Shown: positions 24,261 to 37,705, numbered from the whole stretch's first letter. The stretch: 63,893 bases of DNA, filler included, from Octopus bimaculoides (GCF_001194135.2; 7 parts of 7 records of this genome joined end to end with filler, not necessarily neighbours in it), one strand, 5' to 3'. A program made the numbers and translations. Notes: generated from the letters alone by a model not told the origin.

Positions 24261-24789
24261 AATAAGGTACACCTAAAAATATTTCTGACTATAGATCTTC
24301 TCAATGATGGCTGAGCAAGGATTGACTGGTTAACCCTTCTGTTACCATATTTTCTCCGATATACACTGCCTTCTTTTCAAATAAATTTCAACAATAACTA
24401 AGAAAATTTAGTAACATAACTTATTATTAAGCTGGTGTTAGAAACATAAAACAGGAAGTTTGTACCACAGAACAATGGGCTGTCTCAGACAGGTTAGCAC
24501 CAAAAGGATTAAACAACAACTTTGAATATAAACTACTGAATCAAACAAACATTGATCAACAATTTGGTAGATTACAAAATTGCAATCAAATTCTTGCATT
24601 TTTTGCAGAATCAAGTTATAATTTAACTCCCTTACATAATATGGTATAAAAAGAAGAGGTTTTATGTAAGTAAAATCCCTAGCTAGTGACCAGTGGGAGA
24701 AGGTATCCTCTCAACCAATACACTGTTGTAAGTGCTGCTGGATAACAGACTCTGGTGATGATATTATTCCACACTTTCCAATCCATGGT

Positions 24790-25200
24790 GTTGGCCTTAG
24801 CATGCTTGAGGTTGAGATGCTCTAACTTCAAGTCTTCTTCTGTTTATTTTGCCCATGTCTTCTTTGGTGCACTGTGTTGGATTCTCCAGTATGTGGAATT
24901 GCCACTGCCACAAAAGTTGGCGAGGTAATCCTCTGGTGTTCATTCTGCAGATGTGGCCAAGCCACTGTAACCTGCACTGCCAGACTTGGTCTTCAAATGG
25001 TTGGCTGCTGCTGATATTGTTCTCAGAAAGAGGTTTTATGTAATGATCCAAGTTGAAGAACATTTGTATCAAAGGAGAAGCAAGAAAGTAAGGAATGGCA
25101 AAATGACTGAAGTGTGACTGAAAGACACATAATATCATACAAGCTAATGTTTCTAATACAGATGAAATAAACTTGGAAACTGATAAACCCATAGTCAGTG
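24790..25200 (-). mobile_element. Degenerate RTE-type LINE fragment
   Basis: CRLQWLGHICRMNTRGLPRQLLW. Confidence 0.7.
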
Positions 25201-25798
25201 CTGGTTTTAATCAAATTTGGTTGCTTTCTACTGAAATGATTTTATTATTTTTTAAAATCCATATGCATGTATCAATGGCACAGAGTAGTGGTTTTTGCCT
25301 ATTATTTTTACCCATGAACCACTTTAATTCTTATTTTACTTGGGTGGACCTTCACAACATTCTATGTTTAAAAAACCCTATTGTATTTTTTTAATTAAAT
25401 ATTAGGAATTGTATTTTAAAAATTGTTAAAATATTTGGTGTATTGTAGAAGTATAAGCAATTTATTGCTCATAAATTTTACCAAAAAAAAAAAAAATCTT
25501 ATATGGACTCTAGTTGATAGCCACTGGCATAGTGTTGCTACCATTAATTCAAGAGCATATGTTCCTAATTTGAATCCAATCTGGTACTGTGTGCACATTC
25601 AGGAATAAAATATTTAACGACAACAAACAAAATGTATAAATGTTGATATTAAAAAATGTTTGATTCATAATTCTAAAATTTGTAATCATTAACAATAGCT
25701 TACTCCAGATATTTAATGAATTTGAAATACTTATCAAATATAGTAAAATACATATTTAGTACAGTTAAATACTTATCAAATATGACTAAATACTTACA

Positions 25799-26012
25799 GA
25801 GTACAATTAAATACTATTGAGTACGGTTAAATACTATTGAGTATGGTTGAATACTATTGAGCACGTTAAATACTATTGAGCACGGTTAAATACTATTGAG
25901 CACGGTTAAATACTATTGAGCACGGTTAAATACTATAGAGTACAGTTAAATACTATAGAGTACAGTTAAATACTATAGAGTACAGTTAAATACTATAGAG
26001 TACAGTTAAATA
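25799..26012 (+). repeat. 20-bp minisatellite, about 11 copies
   Basis: Unit gag(t/c)ac(a/g)gttaaatactat(t/a). Confidence 0.95.
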
Positions 26013-28599
26013 CTTACTAAATACTATAAGTTTCTCTTCTACAAGTGCATATTTTAGTGGATATGAATTTTGAAACTCTAGAAGTTGCAATAATAGTTTA
26101 TGAGATCAATGCACTTGCTTCATTAGCCAAATAATAGGAAATTATTTCACCGGCTTACTTCAAAGAAACATCAGGAACACTTAGTTAATGTTTTACACTG
26201 AAGTGGAGTAGGACAAGTAATTAAAGTGGCTAATTTCAAGACTAATATAGCAACAGTCTGAGCAAACCTCACTTGAAGGAAAACAAATTTGTTTGAGCCA
26301 ATGTGTGAGCTTCTGTATGATTGATCATATAGCTAGAAATAACAGCAAAATTTCCTAAAAATCTGAACATACAAGAGTTTTAAACATCTCGTATAGAATT
26401 CAGAAGATATATATATGCTTCTGATCAATAATTTTAATTTGCTTAATGCCTTCATAAAAGTAAAAAAAAAAATTTTAAAAACTAACTAAAAACAGAATAT
26501 TTATTTAATATACTGCTAATTTACAAAGTATATTAGCATTTTAAAATTAGTTTTAGTATTAGTAAAGGTTATAGAAATACTGGCTGCTGTTATTTTAATT
26601 ATACGTCAGTATAAACATTGAATTCTACAGCCTAAATATAGATACATGCTTTCTTGGACAATTATCTTTGAAATATTAAGGGAAGTTTGTCTCAGTTACC
26701 TCTTTTAACATCAATCTGTGTAGCACTAATTTTCCAGCACCCCTGGTTCCAGTCCCATGCCAGATTACTTATTTTGCTGAACTAATGGCGGCCATGTAAC
26801 AACAATGTGTCACATGATTTTTTGTCCTTGAGTAACAACTGTTATTTCCTATTTGCTTACCCCTAGAAAGTATGGCAAATGGCTAATTTTACCTTCAAAA
26901 TTTGCTTTTGTTACATTTATATTTATTCAAAGAATCCCTCTCAACACATGGTTATGATGCACCTTCCTACTACTCCTGCTCATGATCAGAGATGCACATA
27001 TTCTCAGCTACTAAGGGACATGCTCAAGTGGTTAAGGTAAAGCAAGTAACAAACAAATCAGTGATATTAAGCAGAATATTTGCTATAACGATATTTTTGC
27101 TTCAGCAACTCAGTACTGAACTTGTCTGAAGTATAATGCAAAAATAGGTCAGTTTCAAAACATTGAGCCCTTTTAATACCAGCCTGCCTGAGACTGACCC
27201 ACATTCTATGATACAAACTTCCTATTATAAAGTGATTTAAACTGAAACCTTCCATCAAAATTTCACATAAATTTATGTTCTAAACACTAATAACCAAAGT
27301 TATTTTACTAAATTCTTCATTAGTTTCAAAATTATTTGAAACACGGGGAATGTATTTTAACAGAAATATGGTAATGAAAGAGTTAAGAATGTATCTCTAA
27401 ACCATAAAAATACCAATGGTTTATAATTTCTTGTAGCATAACCAAATACTTTGTTCCTGTTTGTATACAATATTTCATTAAGAATATACTATTCTTGTAT
27501 TTAAAGGTAAACAAACTTGCAGAAAGCAACTGTAGTAAAAAATATATGAAAAGGATCAAACGGTATTAGTTTTAGTTTCTTTTCTTTTTTTGACAAAAAC
27601 AAAAGAGTTTTTTTTTTTCTTTAGAGTTTTTAAATAAAACAATACATATAAAGAGTAAGTAATACTATTAGAAATATAATACCATGATGCCATCTACCAT
27701 AAACAAAATCAGAGTAACTGGAAACAATAATTCACAAGTCATTGAGAAAACTCAACATTTTATGGAGAGTACAAATTTGTTTGAAGAAATGACTTTAAGA
27801 CCAATAAATGTTTTAGAAACAAAATTACCAAAAACAAAAAAAAACAAAAAAAAACAGTTAAATAGAATGAGAATATATTCTGAATATTTTATTAACATTT
27901 AATACAAATATTATATGTTCCAGGAATGTACTCGGAGCACTAAATGCCTCTGACTGCTACTACCATATTCCTTAAGTTTGCCAGTTCTATACCACTCTCA
28001 CTTAAATCCACATAACCATTTCTCTCCTCCCCTTCTCTATGACACCTCCTAGGCCTTATACTAACAATTTAACCACATTTTTTTCCCCTCCAGAAATTCT
28101 ATTCTCAGAGACAGCTCTCTCTACCCACATTTTAACCTCAAAAACAAATATACTACAAAGACATTTTAACTGCACTATCTCACCCATTTATATCTATTCT
28201 CCAGCTTAGCAGGGACTTTTAAAAAAACATGAATACTGCAGCTCTATCACCTAATAAATAATTATTTTTACAATAGGCACAGGGCCTGAATTTTGTTGGG
28301 AGTGGGAAAGTTGATTACAGAGACTCCAGTGTTCAATTTGTACTTAAATTACTGATCCCAAAAGGCAAAGTTGACCTTGGTGGAACTCAGAACGTAAAGT
28401 GCTAGATGAAATGTGGCTAAGCATTTTCCCTGCCTTCAAAGTAATAGATAATAAAAAAGAAATGCATTCTTCAAGGTAATTTACACTAGAAAAGACATTT
28501 ATTTGTAAAAGATACCAGCCAAAACAGAAACGCCAGTGAAGTTATTAACAAACTGATGGGGTTTTGTAATCATTAGGAGTCGAGTCAACATGGACACTG

Positions 28600-28629
28600 T
28601 TATTCTGCAAATCCATCCAATCCTTTCCA
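28600..28629 (-). CDS. Terminal coding exon WKGLDGFAE* of the minus-strand short-exon gene
   Basis: Strong acceptor cctatatctctttcttcacag|, phase 0; AATAAA about 100 nt downstream (~28500). Confidence 0.6.
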   Translation of the reverse strand, partial: WKGLDGFAE

Positions 28630-29447
28630 CTGTGAAGAAAGAGATATAGGAATGGCAACAACAACGATGACCACAGCAGTATTTTCCAAGAAAGCTGCAC
28701 TTGAAAATAATCACAAATGCTGCATCAGTGTACACTTCTACTGTTTTTTAAAAAAAGAAGCATGACATGATTTGATTACAAGATGGAAGTTTCTGAAAAG
28801 CTAATGAAAATTAGGGAGAGATAGTGTGACAATTGTTGTAAGTATAAAAATTAAATTTTGGGAAAAGCATGAACTCCTAATTTTCTTTTTCCATATAAAG
28901 GTTAATATATACATATAAAAAAACCCAGCTCTGCAATAATCCCCTGACAGCTATTGCAGCCAAAAAGTTAAAATAATATAATTTCAAGACAAAATACAAG
29001 TATACACATACAATATTGAAATGGTTAATGAAAAAGCAATTTTCAATGTGCCTAGAAAATAGATAATCACTCTCAAGTTTAATACTAGATTTCCTCATTA
29101 ATACTAGATTTCCTCATTAATATTGGCATAAATTAAAGAAGCAGCCAAGCTGTATTTAATCAGGTTTTTATCAACCGCAATGTTTGCCAGAGAGGTTTGA
29201 TTACTTTTCAAGTTTTCTTTGATTTACATCACATCAAGTTTCCACTAAATTGTAATATTTATTAGCATAATAGTATTGATTTCCTTGCTACCATTTAGAA
29301 AAGGATTGAACTTGGAGCTGTAATTATTAGGATACAACATTTTTGCTTATACCAGAAGCAAATCATAAAATTTTGAGTGAAAATAAAAAGTAACAAGTAT
29401 AACGTTAACACTTTCTAAATTAGAACTTTTAGAAGTTCCTATAATTA

Positions 29448-29496
<49 letters not shown>

Positions 29497-29904
29497 CTGA
29501 ATAGATAAGGTGGCAGACTACCAGTGAATAGGCAATAAATTTGCATAATCAAGGCATGGGTAATCTTTATCAAGAAGCAGGCCACATGAGATATGGCTCA
29601 TCCGTAATCAGGTGAACCTCATTACTAAAAATGAAAAAAATTCTAAGTATGTTTCGTTGGTGTGCCATTCAGAAAGTCTTGTGACATGCAGTTTGCCCTC
29701 GAGTGGTATAGAGGCAATGAATTTGCATAGTGAAGAAACAACATATTTGCATAGTCAAAACATGGTCAACCTTTAACGAGAAGCAGGCTACACGAGACAT
29801 GGCTCATCCTTCCTCAGGTGGGCCACACTAAAAAAGATAATTTTTGTTAGTGTGCCATTTAGAAAGTCTTGTGAGCCACAGTTTGCCTGTGACTGGTATC
29901 TTAT

Positions 29905-30247
29905 CTTCTTTTTATATCTTTTATTTGTTTCAGTCATTTGACTGCAGCCATGCTGGGGCACTGCCATCAAGAGTTTCTTAGTTGAACAAATTGACCCCAG
30001 AACTTATTTTAATTTTTAATCCTAGTACTTATTCTATCAATCTCTTCTGCTAAACTGCTGAGTTACAGGGACATAAGCACAAACACACACACGACCGGCT
30101 TCTTTCAGTTTCCATCTACCAAATTCACTCACAAGGCTTTGATCAGCCCGAGACTATAATAGAAGACACTTGCCCAAGTTGCTACGCAGTGAGACTGAAC
30201 TTGAACCATGTAGTTGGGAAGCAAGCTTGTTATCACACAGCCACGCT
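29905..30247 (-). mobile_element. SINE family A
   Basis: Reverse-complement copy. Confidence 0.8.
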
Positions 30248-30382
30248 TAATACTGTACTGTGACAACAGCTAATACTTTCTAGCTCTCAATAGCCTTCTT
30301 AACTGAGGTTAGAACACTCCACTACTGTAAACACTGATTAACACTGATACCAGTAACATAGAGCAACATATTTAAATCTTAC

Positions 30383-30503
30383 TGTCGATACAGCTTGAAG
30401 TGCGATGGTATCCCCATTAATTTTAAGTGCTAGTGATATGTTACGACAAGAAGACGACAATTTTAGTAATTCCAAAGCAGTCCATTGAGTTATGGAATAT
30501 ACA
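30383..30503 (-). CDS. Penultimate exon VYSITQWTALELLKLSSSCRNISLALKINGDTIALQAVST
   Basis: Acceptor tttttgttttaacattag|, donor ACA|GTAAGA; ends in phase 0, matching the terminal exon; an inner acceptor at 30429 is also possible. Confidence 0.6.
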
Positions 30504-30571
30504 CTAATGTTAAAACAAAAATTCGCCTTCATATAGGACTTGTATTTCATTGTACTACATAATTTATTTAC

Positions 30572-30617
30572 CTATCCCAGAGTTGTGACACCATTTATAG
30601 AACTTGGACAACATTTT
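30572..30617 (-). CDS. Possible alternative 46-nt exon KMLSKFYKWCHNSGI
   Basis: ctattttcag| ... AG|GTAAAT; in phase only with the inner acceptor at 30429. Confidence 0.35.
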
Positions 30618-31159
30618 CTGAAAATAGTCAATTACACAAGATATACAAAAAATCGGTTAACATTATTACTGTATTATTGAAGGTAGTGAATAACAGAATT
30701 GGCAAAATACCAGATTTGAGGAATCAAATTCTGTTTCTTTACACTGAGATCAAATCTCTTCAATATTGGCAGTTACTTTTTTTTTTTATCCCTTCAGGGT
30801 TGATAAAATAATTATCAGCAATCAAATCAATTTTATTCTCTACCTTTGTAAATGTGTGGCTTTGTGTCAATGTAAGAAATCGTTATTTCATTTCTATATC
30901 TTTTTAAGGATAATATTATCTATGCAACTAAAATGATGTGTGAAGTTTGTTTTGATATGACAGTTCTGAACTGTTCTAGTATGGTTGAACATAAGGCAGC
31001 CTTTATGTTGTCAATTGATCTGCTATATCTCTCACAGAAATCACATCCAACTGTCTTTAAAATAAGAACAGGATACCGTGAATAATGTAAACCTTAAACA
31101 AAAATAAAATCTGGGTGATTTATAACTGAAATATTTTTAATTTATAGGTTTGTCTGCTC

Positions 31160-31382
31160 AACCATTTAGCATTCAGATTACTCTGTCAAATGTAATACAT
31201 AATCATTCACATTGTTTTGAATTAATCATGCATTATATGGTAGCTTTGAGATTTCAATATGATTGTTGATTTTTACAATGACATTCTTAAGAAGGTGTGA
31301 GAGGCCAGATCTGGACAGTTTGAACATAAACAGGTAAACAATTTGGTGTTGGATATGGCTGGTTTAAATACTAAAAGGTTAA
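31160..31382. mobile_element. TTAA-flanked piggyBac-like MITE
   Basis: Ends resemble ttaaccctttag / ctaaagggttaa; copies at about 24330-24510, 35377-35510, 36312-36537 and 41440-41650. Confidence 0.65.
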
Positions 31383-31437
31383 TCAAGGCTGATCTAGAGA
31401 TCAAAAACAAGCTGCCAACTAGTCATATAATATAAAC

Positions 31438-31779
31438 CAGTGGTTCTCAACTGGGGTTCATATGCCCCAAAGGGTCCATATAAGATTTGTGAGGTCCACA
31501 CAACAAAATAATAAATTGGGGATCTGCAATAGTATTTTAAGGGCCCCTAAAAAAATTTTGCTTTAGATGTATACATTGGTATGTATTGCAAGAAAAAGCT
31601 AGGTTTCTTTAATATTTTACATAGCTCAGCCTACACAAGTTAATGTGTGAAAAACAAAATAGGAATTTTCGAAGAAGTTTCTATAAAACTAGTTTTTTAA
31701 ACATTGAATAGCTACAGGTCCACCAAAATAATAAAGTAATCAAAAGGGTCCACAGATAAAAAATGATTGAGAACTCCTG
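31438..31779. mobile_element. hAT-like MITE
   Basis: Termini cagtggttctcaa / ttgagaactcctg; related element at 47198-47543. Confidence 0.65.
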
Positions 31780-31791
31780 ATACAAACTAAC

Positions 31792-31827
31792 CTCTGCCAT
31801 TCATGCTCACGATCCAAATAGTCTTTG
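31792..31827 (-). CDS. Candidate 36-nt exon KDYLDREHEWQ
   Basis: Acceptor ..ggtctacgaaagtgcag|, donor AG|GTTAGT; its phases bridge exon 35733-35760 to exon 30383-30503. Confidence 0.4.
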
Positions 31828-32329
31828 CTGCACTTTCGTAGACCAAAAGATCAGCTTACTTATCTAGTCATTATGATTTAATTAAGTGTATTTTGCCATG
31901 CTTAGCTGGATTACACATCTTCTAGCTTAAACTACTCAATAATTATTGCTTCTAGCTCAAGAAAAATAATCTGTGATATTCTGAAGCTTTTGAATGTATT
32001 TCATTTATCTTTGATTTTACACCAAAATCAAGTTTGCCATCAGATATGAAAACATTAAAACAAGTAATTTGGTTAAAAACTGTTTATAAATAAATAGCTG
32101 TGAATATTTTTCTTGTCTGATTATCAAAGCATAGATTATTTTCTTTACTGTTTTATTGAGTTTTACTATAATCTCAAACAACATCATAAAATACCTCCTC
32201 CTCCAATACGCACACATTTTAAATAGTGTAGAGGGGAGGGTTGATAACTTTACAATGAATCAACTACTATTTCAACAATATTTAGTTTGAAAGAATTGCA
32301 TGAAGCTGATATTAAACTCAACTACTGCA

Positions 32330-33160
32330 GGAGACTTCTACCTATTCATGATAGTACATTGAAGAGTATGTCTAGTGAGATTGTAGAGATATTAGACTGG
32401 ATACAAATGAGTTATAGAAAAGAGATGAGATGAAGAGAAACTTCTGCCAAATTCCATATCAGCAAGGAACACAAGCACAAATTCTTCTGAGTGGGTAACA
32501 ACTCTAGTATTGATGGTGTAGGTGTACTTTTAACAGAGAAATGGATGGTTGGAGTAATTAGGGTTACCAGGATACATAAAATGGTTTAATTCAGAAGATG
32601 ATAAAGATTTCATGATAGCATGTATGATTTTATGGCTTCCTCCTCTGGCAGTTGGGTGGTACAAAGAGAATGATGTATCCCAGTTTGATATGCATAGCGT
32701 ACTTGGAAAATTGATGATAGTGATAGTTGTTTAACCCTAGGCACTTTTTGATTGAGTAGGTCTATGCCCTTAACGCATTCCAGCCATGACCATCCTCTTA
32801 TTTGAGGGGCAAAGTCAGTAGGATGTAATTTGAAGGAGGTATAGCTGCTATGTCTTGCAGATAGATTGACCATGTAAAAGCTTTCTTATCAACCCAAGAT
32901 GGTGACAGTCATGTTAGGGAACACCAGGACAAGTAAACTGGTGAGAATGGAAGCTTTAGCCATGATTCAAGAAATGAAGGGCCAAATGCAAATGATCTAA
33001 GTATTTATAACACAGGCTTCACAAAACTAGCTGGCCTATCTACAACAAAGATAAGCATGCGACCCAGATTGAATCTGTACTTACAGGAAATTGAGACAGG
33101 CTGAAGATGAAGAATTTACAACTCACCTTAGGTTGTTAGTAATTTTAAACTAAGGAGGCA
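32330..33160 (+). mobile_element. Degenerate RTE AP-endonuclease region
   Basis: Remnants resembling HKFFWVGNN..DGVGVLL.EKW and QIDYILTR. Confidence 0.65.
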
Positions 33161-33589
33161 TGTGAAAAGGCATATGAGCGAGGTCGTTGCCAGTGCCGTC
33201 AGACTGGCTCCTGTGCAGGTGGCACATAAAATACACCATTTTGAGCATGGCAGTTGCCAGTACTGCCTGACTGACCTTCGTGCTGGTGGCACGTAAAAGC
33301 ACCCACTACACTCTCGGAGTGGTTGGCGTTAGGAAGGGCATCCAGCTGTAGAAACTCTGCCAAATCAGATTGGAGCCTGGTGTAGCCATCTGGTTCGCCA
33401 GTCCTCAGTCAAATCGTCCAACCCATGCTAGCATGGAAAGCGGACGTTAAACGATGATGATGTGGAGGAGGAGGAGGAAATAGACTCAAAAGCAAAAGAC
33501 AAATAGAAGGAAGGTATGGAAGTTAAAACAGGCTCCTGTTTTTGGAAATTTTCACAAAATACTGTGATAAAATAAAAAATGGCTTAGCT

Positions 33590-34020
33590 TAGCTTCATGC
33601 TCTTGCCTGATGTAGCTGAGGTCATTCCAAGTCGGTGGTCCCAGAGGTGTCATCATGCATAGAGCCAACCAGGTCTACCAGTGCTCTTCATCTCTGGTGG
33701 TCCTATGCCAGCCCCTCTGCAACCACTAAGGTGATGTTGAGCTTCTGCAGATCTCCCTCAATCATATCCAGCCAACTGGTGTAGGGCCTGCCACAAGGCC
33801 TCTTCCAGCTTGCAGCTGCTGCATTGAATGAGAGTAAAGCCTTGTTAGGATTATCTAGCAGGAGACAGAGGACAAGTCCATACCAGTGCATGTGGCAGAT
33901 AGCTATGCAGTGGGAGGCTGTGAGCTGATATGTGTGTGCATGCAATTCTTTGTTGGAAACATGATGGTATTATCTGATTTTTTTTATGGTTCCCAGTGCT
34001 TTGCTATCAACCATTGATCC
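33590..34020 (-). mobile_element. RTE-type LINE 3' fragment
   Basis: SWKRPCGRPYTSWLDMIEGDLQKLNI. Confidence 0.75.
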
Positions 34021-34394
34021 TTTTTGCCAGGGTCTTCGAGAAGGGCCATGTTTCTGCTCCATCAGGAGAATGGAGAATACAAAACTACAAGAAGATGAAT
34101 GATTTAAAGAGTCACAGTCTAGTTCAGTAGCTAGAGCAGGGTTCCAACCAATAGATCAAGCCATTCAATGGTAATAGCAGAGTAGATAAGGTGGTGGCAA
34201 CAACTAATTAAGATGAGCATAAGAAAAGTGAAAGCAAAACGTGATACCATGAAGTTTAGCAAGGAATAAAATACTTGAGTGTGTCTAGCTGTGTGTATAA
34301 GTAATCTGCTATTGTCCTGCATCATGAAGATGAGCGGCATGATATATTCCAAATTGCAAAGTAACATACATCATTTGAGAGAAGTATGTTCATA

Positions 34395-34800
34395 GGCGTA
34401 GGAGTGGCTGTGTGGTAAGTAGCTTGCTTACCAACCACATGGTTCCGGGTTCAGTCCCACTGCGTGGCATCTTGGGCCGACCAAAGCCTTGTGAGTGGAT
34501 TTGGTAGACGGAAACTGAAAGAAGCCCGTCGTATATATGTATATATATATATATATATATATGCATGTATGTATGTGTGTTTGTGTGTCTTTGTTTGTCC
34601 CCCACAACATCGCTTGACAACCGATGCTGGTGTGTTTACGTCCCCGTAACTTAGAGATTCGGCAAAAGAGACCGATAGAATAAATACTAGGCTTCCAAAG
34701 AATAAGTCCTGGGGTCGATTAACTCGACTAAAGGTGGTGCTCCAGCATGGCCACAGTCAAAAGACTGAAACAAGTAAAAGAATAAAAGAGTAAAAAAGAG
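34395..34800 (+). mobile_element. SINE family A, young near-full copy
   Basis: High identity to 1310-1697 and 41694-42088. Confidence 0.9.
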
Positions 34801-35732
34801 TTACATTGTTATGGTTGCCCACCACAATAGTACAAACAAAGAGGAAACAAAGCCTAGAGTTTAAAGGTTTAAAGTGAGCATTTCAGACATCAAAATACTA
34901 ATTAGAAAGATGAAGGAGAGCATGAAACCTTGTGTCATCTAGGAAGTAACTTTGTTTGATGCATAGGAAATAAGTTACTGTATCTTCAGTGCTATTTACT
35001 CAGAGTAAACAATGAGTCTGCAAAAGATGTACTGGGATCTCTAGTAAATTGACAGATATTCAGAGCTTCAATTGTAATAGATGCACAAAAACAAAAAAAT
35101 AAGCATTAGTTACTCAGATTGTTTTGTTAATGGGAGAGGTGGTTGCAGTGTGAGCAGAATAGTTTGAGTAAGGAATGAGTGATAGAAGTTTAGGGTGATG
35201 TTGCTTCTATGAATATCACATGAAAGCTAAACTATATATGCTAAAAATATGATGTTTCATGGTAATGAGTGTGAATGCAAATGATAGAGAAATAATAGAC
35301 ACATGACATTATCAACTGGAAGTGAATGTTAACGTGGATGAAAAGTAAAGCATAAATAAATTTAAAAAGCTATGGTTAATCCTTTAGTATTTAAATTGGC
35401 AAGATCTGGCCTCTCACACCTACCCCACAATGTCATTCTGAAAATAAGCAATTACATCATTGAGATACAAGATAATGCATGCGTAATTCAAAATAATTGT
35501 TTAACTAAATGGTGTTAGGAAGGATATCCAACTAGAGAAAAGAAGGTAAAAAGGAAACATATGAGCAAGATATGGTTTGCCAATCTGTTGAAGAAGGTAG
35601 TAAATTTGGATAAGAACTGATCCATTTTCAACTCATTGCAAGCATGGAAAGTGGGTGTATAATGATGATGATGGTGATGATGAACATATTAGATAAATGG
35701 AGAGTAATAAGGAAATGTAGATAATATCTTAC

Positions 35733-35760
35733 CCATGCACTAACACAATATTAGTAGTCA
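35733..35760 (-). CDS. 28-nt exon (L)TTNIVLVH(G)
   Basis: Branch-like ctaat, tattacag| acceptor, GG|GTAAGA donor. Confidence 0.6.
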
Positions 35761-36118
35761 CTGTAATACATTAGGATATGTTTAGTCAGTATGGGACTTT
35801 TTACCATTTTTTTTTTTACTTTTTAAATCTCAACCATTCCTTCTTGTTTTTATAGCATTTATTTGAAGTAACTATCTAAAATGTTAAAAGCAACTTAAAA
35901 GCTACATACTTAAGAAAACTAGTAATAGATTAATGAAAGAAATTAGACTGATACACAAAAAGAGCATATGGTGAATTATCACTAAAACTGAAACTATCCA
36001 GCGAGCTCTTTTACTGATGCCATGACAGAAAAAAGAAAGAAAGAACGAAAAGGAGATGAGTCACTTTCCTAAATTACCCACCCCATAACTTTGGCATTAA
36101 CCCAACAAACTGTCTTAC

Positions 36119-36171
36119 AATACATCATGAAAACATGTTTTTCAATAAAATCATTGCCATTAAATATATCG
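36119..36171 (-). CDS. 53-nt exon DIFNGNDFIEKHVFMMY
   Basis: ttag| ... T|GTAAGA; phase 1 end joins the 35760 exon. Confidence 0.55.
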
Positions 36172-36260
36172 CTAACATCTAATAATCATTACATAGACAA
36201 TAATAATAATAATAATTGAGATATCAAACTTATCAGAAGTATAAAACTTTTGATAATTAC

Positions 36261-36310
36261 ATAGCTGTGTAAACAGAGTCTCCACCAAATGTAGTGTTTA
36301 AATTAGTGCA
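36261..36310 (-). CDS. 50-nt exon CTNLNTTFGGDSVYTA
   Basis: Donor AT|GTAATT; weak acceptor ttaag| overlapping the MITE TTAA; phases fit both neighbours. Confidence 0.45.
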
Positions 36311-36609
36311 CTTAACCCTTTAATATTTACACCAGTCATATCTAGCTAAAATACTGTACCTGCTTTATGTTCAAACAGGCCAAACCAGACCTCTCACACC
36401 TACCTTACAATGTCATTCTAAAAATAAACTACCACATCGTCAAAATCTTGAAGCTACAAGACAATTCATGATTAATTCAAAACAATGTGAATAAATAAGC
36501 ATCACATTTATCAATAACCTGAATGCTAAAATGTTAATTCTATTCTCAAATGTTGCTGTAGAAAATATCTCATTTCCAAACTGGATGAGAACATTTAATT
36601 GTATATTAC

Positions 36610-36647
36610 AAGACCATGTGACAACATTTTCTTCCAGGTGTTAGCAT
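36610..36647 (-). CDS. 38-nt exon (D)ANTWKKMLSHGL
   Basis: aaacag| ... CTT|GTAATA; phases fit both neighbours. Confidence 0.5.
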
Positions 36648-37339
36648 CTGTTTATATGCTTTCAATAATGAAAGTCAAATGCCTGCAGGCATCTTATAAT
36701 CTGCTTTGAGGTAGAGTCAGAAGTAGCTTGGTTTATTTGCAGCACTATTAAACATCACCAGGGCAAGACTGAGACATACGAAAAAGACAGTCCTCCAACC
36801 AGTTCAGGAAGGCAGTAATTTTGGATACTAGTACTCCGACAGTTGTGATGATGAGAGTTCCAATCGATCTAGTTGATAGAACAGCCTGCTCATGAAATTA
36901 ATGTGCATGTGGATGAGCACTCCACAGAAATGCACACCCTTAATGTAGTTCTCTGGGAGATTCCACATGACCTGAAATGTGACCTGGTTGGCCCTTTGAA
37001 ATACAGGTACTTCACATTTTTGCCAACTGAGTGGACTGGAGCAATATGAAATAAAGTGTCTTGCACAAGGACACAACGCACTGCCAGAAATCAAACTCAT
37101 GACCTTATGTTTGTGAGACAAATATGCTAACCACCAAGTCATGCACCTTCACTTTTGGATAAGAACTGACCATAATGACCCATTTGACTCATGAGAGCAT
37201 GGAAAGTAGACATAAAAATGACAATGATGATGATGCATGTGTTTTTATGACTGGGAAGGTGGTTAACAAGGAAGTGTAGTTCATGCAAGAGATGTCTTTA
37301 ATTATGTTTGTGATGCTATCAGCCTTCATCTTTTATCCA

Positions 37340-37705
37340 TTTCAGACACTAGACTACAGCCATGCTGGAGCACCACTCAGAAGGGGTTTTAGTTGATTAA
37401 ATCAACCCTAGTATTTATGTTTCAAAGTTTGGTTCTTCTCCCATCAGTCACTTTTGCTAAACTGTTAAGTTTNNNNNNNNNNNNNAAAAAAAAACCAACA
37501 CCGGTTGTGAAGCAGTGAGGGACAGACACATACATACATATAAATATACACACACATGATGGGCTTCCTTCACTTTCCACCTATCAAATCCACTCGCAAG
37601 TCTTTGGTTGGCCCAGGGCCACAGGTATACATACTTGCCCAAGGTACCATGCTGCAGAACTGAATCCGAAACCGTGTGGTCGGGAAGCAAACTTCTTACC
37701 ATACA
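37340..37705 (-). mobile_element. SINE family A
   Basis: Reverse-complement copy; another at about 38630-38945. Confidence 0.8.

Noticed and set aside
33085-33149. Two microexon-like units with good GT donors on the minus strand
   Set aside because: They lie within a plus-strand RTE endonuclease remnant; the splice motifs are probably coincidental.
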